NCBI RefSeq assembly: GCF_031769215.1
Contig: NW_026782097.1
Span: forward strand, 2,604,001-2,668,000
DNA: 64,000 bases
DNA from: Ylistrum balloti
Lineage: Eukaryota
Direction of reading: 5' to 3'
The notes beneath the pieces are model-generated. The model was not told where the DNA came from and did not search any database. It saw only the letters and a program-made list of their open reading frames with translations. Below are positions 51,783-64,000 of this stretch, piece by piece; within the stretch, counting starts at the first letter, position 1, and each line of letters starts with the position of its first letter. A program made the position numbers and the translations under genes.

Positions 51783-51846
51783 AGCTTAGGGAGTACAGCA
51801 TTCATTTCAATCTGATAAATCCCTGGTTCAAATCCAGGTATCCTCT
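51781..51846 (+). pseudogene. Degenerate tRNA-Cys-derived copy, 5' end truncated by the LINE fragment
   Basis: ATAGCTTAGGGAGTACAGCATTC...TCCCTGGTTCAAATCCAGGTATCCTCT aligns with tRNA-Cys; T arm still pairs. Confidence 0.65.
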
Positions 51847-52009
51847 TCAAGTTAGATATTTTTACACGTCTTTTTAAGAGCGAAACAATAAGACAAAACT
51901 TCAACATCTTAGAACTTCAATTATAACATCTCACAACTTAACAGGACATTTTTTATCGTCTATTGCACATGCGGAACTTTGTACTTTAGCAAATATCAGA
52001 ACGAGATCC

Positions 52010-52081
52010 ACCGAACCGGAAATTTGGTTACCTCCCCTATTAGAAGTACTTTCGCTTTAACGACACAGCTCGGCAGCCTCG
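52010..52081 (+). promoter_or_regulatory. Candidate promoter and non-coding first exon of the C19orf12-like gene
   Basis: ETS-type ACCGGAAA motif, CpG-richer stretch, strong donor CTCG|GTAAGT at 52082. Confidence 0.45.
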
Positions 52082-52683
52082 GTAAGTGTGCAGGTTACTT
52101 CTCGACTACTTTCAGAGTGACGGGTTCAAAGTAAATTGCAGGTATATTTAGGCCTAGTTCATACAGGTAGTGTTCTCGTTATTATCATGGTGTAAATGTG
52201 TTCTGTCATTACAGTTCTACAATCTCTTTCCAGACGTTCAATAAATCTGATGAAATTCAAATGAAATAAATGACAGTTCAGGCATAACAAAGGTTTTATA
52301 CAGCTTTTTCAAGTTATGTCCTGTTCTGATCAACCAGCCCGAGCATTTATTTTTTATTTATCTACTTATTTGGAAACCAACCCAATCAATGTAAATAACA
52401 AAGAAATTCATACAAACTGTAGAAGGTGTCATGTCATGAGTCATATTTATCGTCATGTGCAAGTAGATCTACGTGTACTAGTATACAATCCACAGCGTAA
52501 ATAATATGATTACTGTGCCAAAATTTAGACGTTCTTATTGAAAAATTAAGGCATGAAATTAGATCTAATCATTTCAGATTTTAATTATTATACTATCAAG
52601 CCATCTTTTGTAAAACTTGACGTGTGGGGAAAAGAGATCTCTATATTTTTTAAAGAGTTAAGTGATGAACCATTGATTTTTAA

Positions 52684-53340
52684 TTTATTATCCCCTGTCC
52701 AACAAAGTTGGTGAAGGATATTCAAATGTCATCCTTCCATTTGTCCATCCGTCTGTTCACTGCTTTCTTCATGGTATCTTTTGAGAACTGGTCGGATTTT
52801 TATGAAACTTGGGTGTTATACTTGTTACCTTTGTCCCTTGCCCATGTTCGATTAACGGCAAATTCTGCACATGTTTAATGAGGCTACTATGACCTAATTG
52901 ACTTATTTTTTTAACCACTCTATGGGAAGTCTTTCTGCACATTATCTTATGAAGGAATGATAAGATTTTTACGAAGCTTGATTTGTAGATTTATTACCTT
53001 ATTGCCTTGTTCAGGTACGATTATCAGCAAATTCTAACCATATTTTATGAGACTTCTATGACCTGATTGACTGATATCTTTTGACACTCTTACTGAATGC
53101 TTAACGCACGTTATCTCTTGAAGGAATAAATGAATTATGATGAGACTTGCTTGGTAGACTTGTTACCTTAATCCCTTGTTAAAGTTTGATTATCGAAAAA
53201 ATTCTGTGCACATTCACTGAGGCTGCTGTGACCTAATTAGCTGATATCTTTTCCAATTTTCCATGTTGTTCATTTTAAATGTTTATATTTGACAAATTAA
53301 AATGGGCGAGGAATCTTGATGACTATGTCCTATATCAATT
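52684..53340 (+). mobile_element. HINE-like element with about three ~170-bp internal repeats
   Basis: 5' ttattatcccct, palindrome ccaac-aaa-gttgg (52699-52711), gtccatccgtctgt tract, diverged repeats starting near 52821, 52991 and 53160. Confidence 0.6.
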
Positions 53341-54221
53341 TTGGAATACTACCTCATCATGTTGGTTGGTTGGTTGACAGGTTTTCTGTCTCTGTGACTC
53401 CTCCTTTACCAGTGAAGCATGGTATTGTGAAACATTGGAAAATGTACTGGGGTTAAAATACCATTATGGTGAAGTGAACCAGCTATGTGAATTATGAGAT
53501 GTTTTTCATGCTGAATATCACATTCTGTGTCAGAACACCTATGCTTTTATTGTTGAAAATGAAAGTTTTTCCTGCACTATCAAATGCCTTATTTCAACGA
53601 AATTCCATCAAAAGGTGCAGGAGACTTATGAAGTTCAGGATGGATGAACAGAGGGACAAACAAGATTATTCTTTTATACCCCTCTCAGCCACCCTCGACA
53701 ATCAACATGGCTGCTAGGGGTTGGGTGTGGTGGGGCGTTAAAAGAAATGGAAAGCAAAAGTAAACAAATAGCTTTTTGGTCAATACATTTTGAAGAGATG
53801 CATATTAAAGAGATGCTTACTTGTCCAGAACACATGATCTGACATTTGATGGGTTTTTGTGTAAAAGTTCATGATGTTTCAGGCATTAATTTGCATTCCA
53901 TGAATTTCATCATCAAAACTGATGATGGCTTGGCATCTGTCATGTTTTCAGGAAGGTGTCAATAGTATATACCAAGTTTCTAAGAATAAGTTTTTGCCAG
54001 AATGTTGAAAAAAATAGAGTTGGTAGCAATATCAAAAGAATAAGGACAGTTGTATTTGTCAAGTTATATACATGTAAGTGTACATCATGACTGTGAGATT
54101 TTGTTTACAGCCAAACAAAGTCTTGACTTTAGGCATACCACACTATTTGTTTGACCAGATTTGTTTTTGTTTACTTTCAGGAAGTGTGCAGTCACCTTGC
54201 TAAAGGACCACGAGGACAAAC

Positions 54222-54315
54222 ATGGCAGGAGCTCTTGGTGCAGCTTTTATACCTTATTTTGGTCATCTTGTAGAAATTCTAGAAACCAATCCAGAAATGA
54301 AAAAAAGTGCTAAAG
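54222..54315 (+). CDS. C19orf12: C19orf12-like protein, first coding exon
   Basis: Acceptor at 54180, ATG 54222, MAGALGAAFIPYFGHLVEILETNPEMKKSAK, donor AAAG|GTGTGT (phase 1). Confidence 0.75.
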
Positions 54316-55286
54316 GTGTGTTTAAAAGACATACAATGTGAAAATGTGAATGTATGAATACCACATTCAGTTGTTGACTCACTCACCATTATAAAACAGT
54401 CACAAAACAAGTTTTATCAACTTGTATCAATAACTATCTCTTAGTTGGCTGCATAATAATGTGAAAGTACCGGTATTTGAGTAGTAATCATTGAATTATA
54501 TTTCTGTGAAAAAGGTATGGTTTAAACGGCAGGAACATGTATGGCCATTGACCTGCTGAGCCTCTAAATAACATTAAAATATCTATGTCCAAATTTTTTT
54601 TTTAAAGATATTATACGAGGGCTGATTTGTAAGTTGTGAGCGTCATATTTATGGGTTTATCATTTGGCAGACATCTTGCATTTTTCAACATAATCTTCAG
54701 TATCTATACACTTTTGCCAGCGATGTTTAATGGCCTGAATGCCACTTTAAAAAAGTCCTTTACTTGACCGTTTAGAAAGTCCTCCATGTTATCATCTGAC
54801 CGATAGTATGTACTCGATATTGCCTTTTTTCAATTTTGGAAATTGATGAAAGTCTGATGGAGCAAAATCAGCTAAAATGGCGGATGCTCAATCAAATCAA
54901 AGCCAGTCTTTAATGGCAGCCATGGCAATGACAGACTTTTGAACAGGGACATTGTCCTTTTGTGGAACAACACACCTCTACTGAGTTTTCCATGGAGCTT
55001 AATTCTAATATTTTCTCTTCACTGCCTAAAAAGTGATGCGTAATATTTTTTGCAGATAATCAACCATCAGAATACCATCAGCATTCAAGGAAACTGAGGT
55101 CATCAATAGTCAAGGAATAGTAGAACTGTGTTGATATTATTTTTCCATGACAGTCCATGTATTTTCTATGGCAGGAAAAAAAGGATCAAATGGTAGATAT
55201 ATAATGTATATCATTAATATATATATCAATGTTGATATTGTTAATATTGATGATAATGATTTTTATTTAAACTTTTCTTAAATTAG

Positions 55287-55379
55287 GAGTTTTTAAGCAG
55301 ATGGCATGGGGTGCTGGAGGTACAGCTGTGGGCGGAGTCTTATTGGGACCTGCTGGAGCACTTGTAGGTGGATTGGCTG
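55287..55379 (+). CDS. C19orf12: C19orf12-like protein, glycine-zipper TM exon
   Basis: aattAG|GAGTTT ... GCTG|GTAAGT. GVFKQMAWGAGGTAVGGVLLGPAGALVGGLA (cf. human [21 protein letters not shown]). Confidence 0.8.
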
Positions 55380-55601
55380 GTAAGTACAGATAAACTGGTA
55401 TACCCGGGGGCGGAGGGGTTGGTCCGATATGTAAGGTCCTGCTTGGGAACTTGTAGGGTTACTGTCTGGTAGAAACAAACCTGCTGGCTTGTACTCTATG
55501 TTTGGATCAGGTGGGACGCTAGGGGAGAGGAAAGGCATGTCTGATAAGTAAGGACCTGCAGGGGCAATGGTGAGGGAGGGGAGGGACTTACTGGTTTTCA
55601 T

Positions 55602-56757
55602 AACAAAAGGTCAAAGGGGCCTGCATTGTTCACTTGGCTAATTCAGCTTTTCAGTCATTTAACAAAGTGGTTCAAATATGACAAATAATTTCTGAAATAA
55701 TTTCCATGGCCTTTTGTTCAAACAGAAGTCAGATTCGCTATTCATGAAAATTGCTTCAGACCAAACATGGACAATGTCCTAAAACGAAGGATTTTTAATA
55801 ATTTACATTTCCCCTATGGGCTCCACCTTTCTCTGATGTCGGACTCCTTGTAGACACATAATTAGGTTCCTTTCAACTAGGTATGTGCTTCAGACAGAAT
55901 CAAGACATTCCAACAAATGGGGGATTTTAGAGAATTTCCGCTATTCACCCCCACCCATATCCCATCCCACATTAGGAGGGATAAAGACCCACCATTTATA
56001 CAAAATTCAAACTCCTTCACCCAAGTATGTTTCAGATCAAATTAGAACAGAATTCTGATATTTCTACAGAAAAAGTGGATTTTAAAGAATTTCTTTTATT
56101 TCCTGTCTTTGGCCTTGCCCCTCCCACCACAGGGAGCCAATATCCATCATTTAAACAAATTCATTCCCCTACACCTCAGATGCTTCAGTCCAAATTGGGA
56201 CAATTTTAAAAAAATTCTTCATTTCTCCTCTTGCACCCCTCCCTACCCATCCATGGGGAAAAGACCTTTTTTTACCCAAAATTCATTTCATTTCAACAAA
56301 TTTGGGCAAAATCCAATTATTCCTACAGGAAGCATAGGATTATGTTTAAGAATTTGCTGTGGTTCTGTTATTGGGCCAGCCCGCCGCACCCACCTCAGGG
56401 AGCTGATACCAACCTTTATACAAGATTGATTCCTGTTTACCCAAGCATGCTTCAGAAAAAAATGAAACTGAATTCCTTTATTTCTACAAAAATGTTTTTT
56501 TGAAAGAATTTTCTATATTTTCATAAACAACCTCAACCATCTTGAACAAGGGGTCAACATCCACTGCCCCTCAGGCCTCTTGGAACTGAGAACAAAACTT
56601 TATACAAATCTGGTTCCAATTCCCCACATGGAGGTTTCTATCGAAATTTGGTTAAAATCAATTAAGTAAGTTGATGGCTGCCAAACAGCATCCAACGGAC
56701 AGCGACGCTGCCCAATGGCATAATCTCTGTGGTCCTTTGGACCAGACTAGCTGAAAA
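55602..56757. mobile_element. HINE-like element with diverged ~140-150-bp internal satellite units, in C19orf12-like intron
   Basis: Termini aacaaaaggtcaaaggggcctgcat... and ...ggtcctttggaccagactagctgaaaa; recurring cttcag...aaatt and tttatacaa motifs inside. Confidence 0.55.
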
Positions 56758-57111
56758 TTGCTGTAGAGCTGTTTTTTGTGGTAGCTTTGATAAAGGAAGG
56801 TTCCTCTGATTTTGTGAATAGTTAAAGCCCTTTGGTGACCACATGTTAAAGGAAATATCCTAGTGATAAATGTGGTTGGTAGCTACTAGGATGGCAGGAT
56901 GTTGAAAGATGAAATCGGATCTTGAACCCAAAATATATTTGGTATGTTGTATTTAGTTTGTCATGCGTGTGTCAAGAAGCCAGCTTTACTTTACTTTATT
57001 ATATTTACATATTTCTATTTAAAATGTGATCGTTAATGACATAGTCTAATGATTGGTGTTGTATGGTAATACACTGCCTATCATAACTACACCATTCGGT
57101 CAAAATTGTAG

Positions 57112-57332
57112 GTTCACTGATTGGCTACATGAAGTCAGATGACTACCAGGCGATGATAGTGGTGATGAAAAACTTAAGTGACAGTGATAAACAGAGGATA
57201 GTGAAAAAAGTCCAGGAGTTAGTGGGAAGTGTTGGTGTTGAAGAACTTGTTCGCTTTGTAGGATCACAGGTCCAGCGTGATGCTTTGTTACATCTCCTCC
57301 GAGGGGCTCTAAATGACTTGAAGGGCGGATAA
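57112..57332 (+). CDS. C19orf12: C19orf12-like protein, terminal exon (total 135 aa)
   Basis: ttgtAG|GTTCAC. GSLIGYMKSDDYQAMIVVMKNLSDSDKQRIVKKVQELV...LKGG* (cf. human [30 protein letters not shown]). Confidence 0.8.
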
Positions 57333-58949
57333 GTCTGAACAAATGTTTGAAAATGAATGTCAACTTCTGGATGTGATGATTCTGTGATTATAGTTTTCTG
57401 TGTGAAATGTGTAATTAAATGTGCATTTATAAATCATAATTGATAACTGTTAATTGATGTAAAAACAAAGGTAAATGTGTTATTATCTTATCGTACATGC
57501 TTGTACATGTGTAGGTATTCACTGTCATGTGACCATGTAGATGAGACATTCCAGATCAGATGAAAGAACAACACAAGATAAAACTTCAGAACAAGGTTGT
57601 TATAAACTTTGACTGTTATCAGTTAAACCATTTAATTCTGATAATCACACAAAACAATGAACTAATCATGAACTGGATGTTAAACTGTGTGTCCTTTTAA
57701 AGAATAATTCCGAGTCTAGCTTTGACAACTACGAGACTTATGTTATAGATCATAATTGAAATGGAAGCTCTGAAAGTATTCTTTGGTCATTCTAGAATAA
57801 AATATGGACACTCCTTGTTCAGTTATGGATATCTACAAAATATGCTATGACATCAGTTGTAACAGTTTAATGAACAGTGACCAATCACCCCTAAAAATGT
57901 CTGGGCAGTTGGAATTGTGGATCTTATTCTATATTTGATCAAATATATATATTTTATAGCATTTCAGAATATGTACATTAACTTCATACATGTGTAATGT
58001 ATGAATGTGATATTGAGGTTGCCAATAAAGATGATTTATGACATATTTTATGTAACTGTGAGGTGCTTTGTTGAAAAGATTAATGATCTTCCAGTAAATC
58101 TGTCTCTCTCCATACTTTGTCGTAGTTTGAAAGATTTTATTCTGAAGGTATTTATTTTTTTGTTAATAAAATGACTTCCTAGTCACGTCTAATCATGGAC
58201 TTAAATATAGATACAAAGGCAACTGCCATTTCACCATGGGAAATTTCTTCTGGGTCATCTCATTTTGCAAGATTTTATGAAGAAGCTTTACGACACTTGT
58301 TGTCACTGATAAAATCGTCCCCCACCCCCATCAATGCAGGACCACAGACGTGTTGTGGTTCATCTTCTCTCCTGTGCTGGGAACTGATGAAATGTGAGTT
58401 TGTCATATAACTTTTCTTTTACGTTAATTAGAATGTGTTGTGTTATCATTATCAATTTATTTTATCATTTATCAATGATTTAAATGAGGAACTAGTGTTC
58501 TTCGAAAAGTCTCTTACTCAACAAGCATATCTTGCAACAATCCATGGCGTTTTTATAATGCACATCTAAAATGACATTTTTCCAAAATGCCATTCGACCG
58601 AACCAATTGCGGGAAGGTTCACAAATTTGTGATATATCAATAATAAGATGTAGACATATAACAATGAGAAACTCTTTGATATTTAATTTTATATTGATAA
58701 TAAGATTTGGGATTAATTTGATTCTTTAGCGGATATTTCAGCAGGTGAAAATTGACTTAAACTCGTCCTTGTAAAAAGGAGATGATGGCAGCCCTCTTGT
58801 TAATAACATCATTTAGTTGATGATTTCATTAAGAAACAACTGAAGCATAAGATATGATGATAACATGAAACGATTGTTCTACGAAACATGTTTCACTTTA
58901 ACAGCATAGCTTGCCTCGATCCATATCTTTTAATGATGCATTTTTATTG

Positions 58950-60290
58950 ATATGAAAATCATCTAAAATTGACATCTTTTCAACATGAAATCTTCGAGAA
59001 ACTGAGAGGATGTGATGAGTCAGAAATTAAATTCCAAATAAAAGATGAGAACCATATCTACCTTATGAGCTCTGGAATATTTAAACTGTACAAGAAGGCG
59101 GTGATTGCATATTTTGAAGACATGCATTAAGATTTGACCGAAATCGAAATAGCTCATGATGCTGTACTACAGCTCCTCCAATTTTGTATAAAAAACGACA
59201 AGAATGCACAGGTATATTATGAAGACCATTGCCAAATTATCCACATCATAAACCAATATCCTGATATGGCCAACCTTGAAAAGTCTTTTAAACAGATCAT
59301 TTATTTACAAGCAAGCTATCAACGATACAAATTGCCAAGACTGAAATGAGAAACTCTCCATCCAACAGAAAGTGTAACAACCAAACTGCTATACACCCAC
59401 CTAACAACCCCTGATTCAAAAGAATTTACAAGCTAGAATAAGTGCAGCAAATTGAGCCCGTCCTACTTTGCCCTCTGTGGAGGAACAAGACAAAATTACA
59501 ATCAAATGTGACAAGTGTGGTCTCTGGATTCATTACTGCTGTGAGAGGCGTACCATACACTACTACAATGACCACAGATCCAATATACAAATACCACACA
59601 CATGTGCTTGTTGCCTGAATCTTAATGATGCTGAAGATTTATCTATCATTGCACCAGCCAAAACATGTCAGGATTCTATGTCCCATACCAGTACAGACAC
59701 ACCGGTCTCAGCAAGCATTTTCACTGCAACCCAAATTATCAATGAACCATGAGGAAGAGGTGTTGATGAAAATAAACCAGAAAAAAAACCGAAGCGTGTA
59801 GGATACCCTTCAGAAATTAACTCTATTTGACACACTAACAGCAGAGATTGAATCCCAAACAACCTCTTATGAGGATAAGTTGACCGACAACACCACCACA
59901 CACACTCAAGGAGTTGAAGCAGTTACACCACTACATAAGCCCCAGGTTCACCAGAGCATCAAATACCTGACTGGGAGTGGAAATTCTGGATCAAAGTATG
60001 ACAAGGAGACCTTATCCCCTCTACAAACTCAGCACAAACTCCACGAAACACACAATGTAGCAGGGAGGAAGAATAGTCGCAATTCCAAGAACGTCCCACA
60101 TACAAATCACAGGACAAATGCACCAGGGATAATTCATCTCCAACCCAACCAGTCCCTTTTCAAAAGCATAACAGAAAATGAGTCAAAATCCCAACCTCAT
60201 GCAGAGCCCACCCACCCAGCCAACCTACATCTCCTCACAAGAGCAACATCTATCCTTATCATTAAAAGGCAATATAAATTATTGTAATAC
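58950..60290 (+). pseudogene. Disrupted ORF with a PHD-finger remnant, probably a LINE ORF1 relic
   Basis: Several collinear ORF pieces separated by stops and frameshifts; IKCDKCGLWIHYCCE...HTCACC fits the second half of a C4HC3 PHD finger. Confidence 0.5.
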
Positions 60291-60993
60291 CACAGCATGA
60301 TTAGCTAGTATTTTGTCTTTTGAACGATTGCATAATGTATAGGTGGGGTATCCTTTGTTATCAAGCAAGCCCAGATCTTTTTGTAGATAAGAAATATAAA
60401 GATATTTGCAGATGCCTTATACTGCAGGCACAATAACTGCCATGTAAATCTTGAAATGTGGATTTAACATCAGGATCAAGGAAAGCTTACCTGTTTTGAT
60501 TTCATTTTCAATTTCAAGCTGGAAATTCTTCAACGAATGATGGACCGAATGGACTTGAACCACTCAGAGAGTAAATATCATGTAGCCTGTTCACTCATTT
60601 ACTTGTTAAGTTTTCAACAGAATCAAAAAGTGTCTTAAAGTTCATATTCCAGCGGACGGGGTTTCAGGACATATATTAAAATCACATCATCTTAAAACAT
60701 ATTGATGCCAGAAGATCTATAGAAGCTGAAATCTAGAGGTATGATATTAGTTATTTATTACTGTAATTATCTAATGTTCCTTCATTAGAACTAATGTAAA
60801 TCAAAAAACAAATATGTTGGGAAATATTTCAAACAGAACTGTTCAATGCCATTTTCAAAGATTAAGAGGTTGGATCTAGGAAAAGAAAATTAGAAGGCAA
60901 TGTGGGTACCGGAAGTAAGGGAATGGGTCTCCTCTCTCTAAGGATTGATGCATCACCCTTAGATGTTTTTCTGCTACTACTGTGTATGTGGTG

Positions 60994-61807
60994 GAATGCA
61001 AGTCAAGTCGCCCCCAAGACAAGTCGCCCCCATATATCAGCACTACTTGGACCCCCGCATCTTGGAGCGTTTACAGACTTTCGATCAGGACCAACAACGA
61101 CATAGAAGGATGGCACCACCGACTAAACAGAAAGACCCGGAAGTCAAACCTCCCATTCTACGTCCTTGTCATTCTTCTACACAAAGAAGCCATCCTACTG
61201 CCTGTACAGATGAAGGTGGTCAGTGAGGGAAAACTAGGAAGATTTCAGCGTAAGACAACCAGACTACTGCAGAGCAGAATCAACGACTTGTGGGATAACT
61301 ACAGCGATGGCACCATTTCCGTGAACAAACTGAAATGTGGACACATCTACGGAAACCAGTGACAGTGTATAAGTTATCAGTGACTATATACCAGACATTA
61401 TATGAAGAGTAGAAACAGTGCAGTGTGTTTGCATGTGCATGTTTTATTGTTTATAATATTGTGTTTCTATTTAATTAGAATAAAGCGAGTCCATATATAT
61501 CAAATCATTCTAAATGTATTACTATTATTGTAGATTTGTTTAGCCTATGGATGTTCTTAAAATAAACTTCATGTATATATTTATTATTATTAGTGCTTAA
61601 ATTATAAGATATAATATATAATATATGGTATATGAGTACATAATTCTTATAATTGGAATAAATAAAATAGCATCAAACAACAAAATAATTATATTTTTAT
61701 TCATTATTTTTCTTCTGATGAAGGGGGCGACTTGTCTTGATGTAGGGGGCGACCTGTCTTGAGATAATAGGGGGTGACTTGTCTTGGGGGCGACTTGACT
61801 TGATACC
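60994..61807 (+). mobile_element. Mutator-like (MULE) internal-deletion derivative with TIRs and TSD
   Basis: TIRs caagtcaagtcgcccccaagacaagtc[g/a]cccc at both ends; flanking direct repeat atgtggtg (60986-60993 and 61808-61815); transposase C-terminus WSVYRLSIRTNNDIEGWHHRLN...LLHKEA. Confidence 0.85.
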
Positions 61808-62770
61808 ATGTGGTGAAAACATGACAAGCTCAAATTCAAAATGACTGTCAAGCAGCCATTGATTGATTTCTGTCAAAAATGTCTAATATCAGATTTATAG
61901 TTCAGTGCTGAAATGATCTACATGTAAGCTGGGACACTCCATCTTGCTTGATTTAAGGCTTTGGTTCATCAAATTCCACTGCACTGCATGATAAAACATC
62001 TGATTTTAAACTGTCCTGTTCTAATAGATATTTATCAAATGATTTTAAGTGAGTTTGGTTCTTGCAAGAAACACACAAGAGCCAAAACATTTGAAATAAC
62101 TTATACATGTTTATTGAACCTTTCTAACTTGATAAAGCTGATTGATGCAGGTTCTCTACACTCCGGAGAAGCAAATACATATACATATATCTACAAAACA
62201 TTAGCTGAAACTCCAGGGATTACACTCACTATATGGCTCTCTGCACCCCTGGAACATGTCATGGCAAAACTGAAGGTTCCTTGTGGACAAGTTTCATTTG
62301 ATTCTTTGATATACATCTGATGTACATCAAAAGAAACTCCAGATTGCAAACAGCTTTGGAGTTGTGTGTCGCTCTTTTGTAATCTTCAAATCAGTCTGTG
62401 ATTAGTCAAGTATTTTTTCCCTGGAACCTGCTCTAAACCAATCAAATTACTATACTTGGGCCTCCAATTTTGCCATGACATGTTTCACAGGTTAAGTGTA
62501 ATAGTGAGTGTAACCCCTGGAGTATCAAGGATGACAACATTGATACATGTTCATTACATTCAATCTAAAAAAAAAGCAAAGCAAGTCACAACATTTTCTG
62601 TTCTTCAGAAAATCTTATTTTGTAGAAATAATTAATATATTGAACCTCTATTTATGAGAATAATTGCTTAAAAGTTGAAAACGATGCATTAGTTCACAAT
62701 GAAGAGTTGCTTGAACCTTTCTGGTCGAGAATGGATCAAATTTAAAGCAGATTTTTTTTTTTTTTTTTTC

Positions 62771-62846
62771 TAAACGAGGCCCAAGGGTCCTGCATCACTC
62801 GACAGTCTGGCCTATGTAGTCATCCTTCAGAGCAGGTGAGCTAAAT
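62771..62846. mobile_element. Minimal HINE-like remnant consisting of two fused termini
   Basis: gaggcccaagggtcctgcatcactc ... gcaggtgagctaaa resembles both ends of the 55602-56757 element. Confidence 0.4.
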
Positions 62847-64000
62847 ATTGGTTTATGTGAATCAAATTTGCACAAATCTTCATGTAATAGTAGTTTCTGT
62901 GTAGGAAATATCACCAGAAATCACCTTATCATGAGAGAGAATATTACAAAACACAGCACTGCAATCTTTATACAAATTTATAATCTTTATTTACACAATC
63001 ATGTAAATTATCAAAACCATTAATTACAAAAGACACGTTGTAGATAAAAGCTATTATTAAACTGTTGACTTACTCTCTTTACCATTAATATGAAATTTAG
63101 ACCCAAAAGCACAATTTTCAAAACAATATATTATAATCCCAGCAACATTTAAATGGAGAATACAGCATTTTTGGATGAAAAAATATTAAATAAGAAATGA
63201 AAAAATGGATTTCTACAGTTTAATCTTCATCGGTTGCATCTGCTTTCTCTACTGTGTAACTATCTACTTTCAGGACACCACAATCTACAATAACTACATC
63301 CTCTTTTGGTTTATCATTAGTAACAGTTGGATTGTTTTCAATTTTCCTTACGACATCCTGGGGAAAAAAGAAAAAAATTGTATTAAATAATAAAGAATTA
63401 ATTTAAATATAACTGGCCATACGACCTTAATGCATTACTCTGTGAGGACAGTGTAAAACTTACTATATTTTATAAAAGACTTTCAGTTTACCATAAAAGA
63501 TGTTGTTTATATATTATTGAAACATTGCCTTTGTCATAAAATCGACTTTCCATACTAATCATTCTAACCAAGTTTAAATCACTTCCATTAGAAGTTAACA
63601 CAATATGCTCAAAACTTTAAGTTTTTTTATAAACTAAAGTAAACTTTACCCTCTCCATGTGGGGTAATGCGAGGCCCCATGGACATGAAAAAGCCATCAT
63701 TTCACTTAATTTACTTAAGCACTGTGTCTGATCCTACCATATACCATATCAGGGTCTTGAGATGATTTTTTAAATATGAGCCAATATCAATATTCCGCAG
63801 TTGCAATTCCCAATATCCCACACCCACATAAAATGACACTTATCAGTAATTGTGTTAATGACAGCATACAAAAGTTGATATTTCCTTATTAGAAAGTGAT
63901 CTTACCATTCCGTTACGAACTTTTCCAAAGACAACATGTCTGCCATCAAGCCATGGTGTTTTCTTAGTGGTAATGAAAAACTGAGATCCATTTGTGTCCT

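Overview
AT-rich, intron-rich eukaryotic DNA. The repeat types suggest a lophotrochozoan animal, probably a bivalve mollusc (inference). In order: (1) the last four coding exons of an ARMC6 orthologue on + (500-4330). (2) A tandem trio of minus-strand paralogues (9631-19539, 30580-34706, 37362-40788) with identical intron positions and phases. Each encodes a five-TM protein whose C-terminal four TMs resemble the DUF4239/bestrophin-like fold. The N-terminal segment before TM1 has no recognisable signal peptide and consists of about 88, about 58 or essentially no 8-aa acidic T-x-E-P-E repeats. (3) One intact tRNA-Cys(GCA), three decayed copies and a tRNA-Thr-like relic. (4) A C19orf12-like gene on + (54222-57332). 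(5) Transposon relics (MULE deletion derivative with TIRs and TSD, LINE 3' end, Gypsy protease fragment, PHD-finger ORF relic, several Helentron/HINE-like elements) and many minisatellites. The bestrophin-like trio with variable-length acidic N-termini is the most interesting system. All gene models, alignments and copy counts were made by eye; no searches were run.
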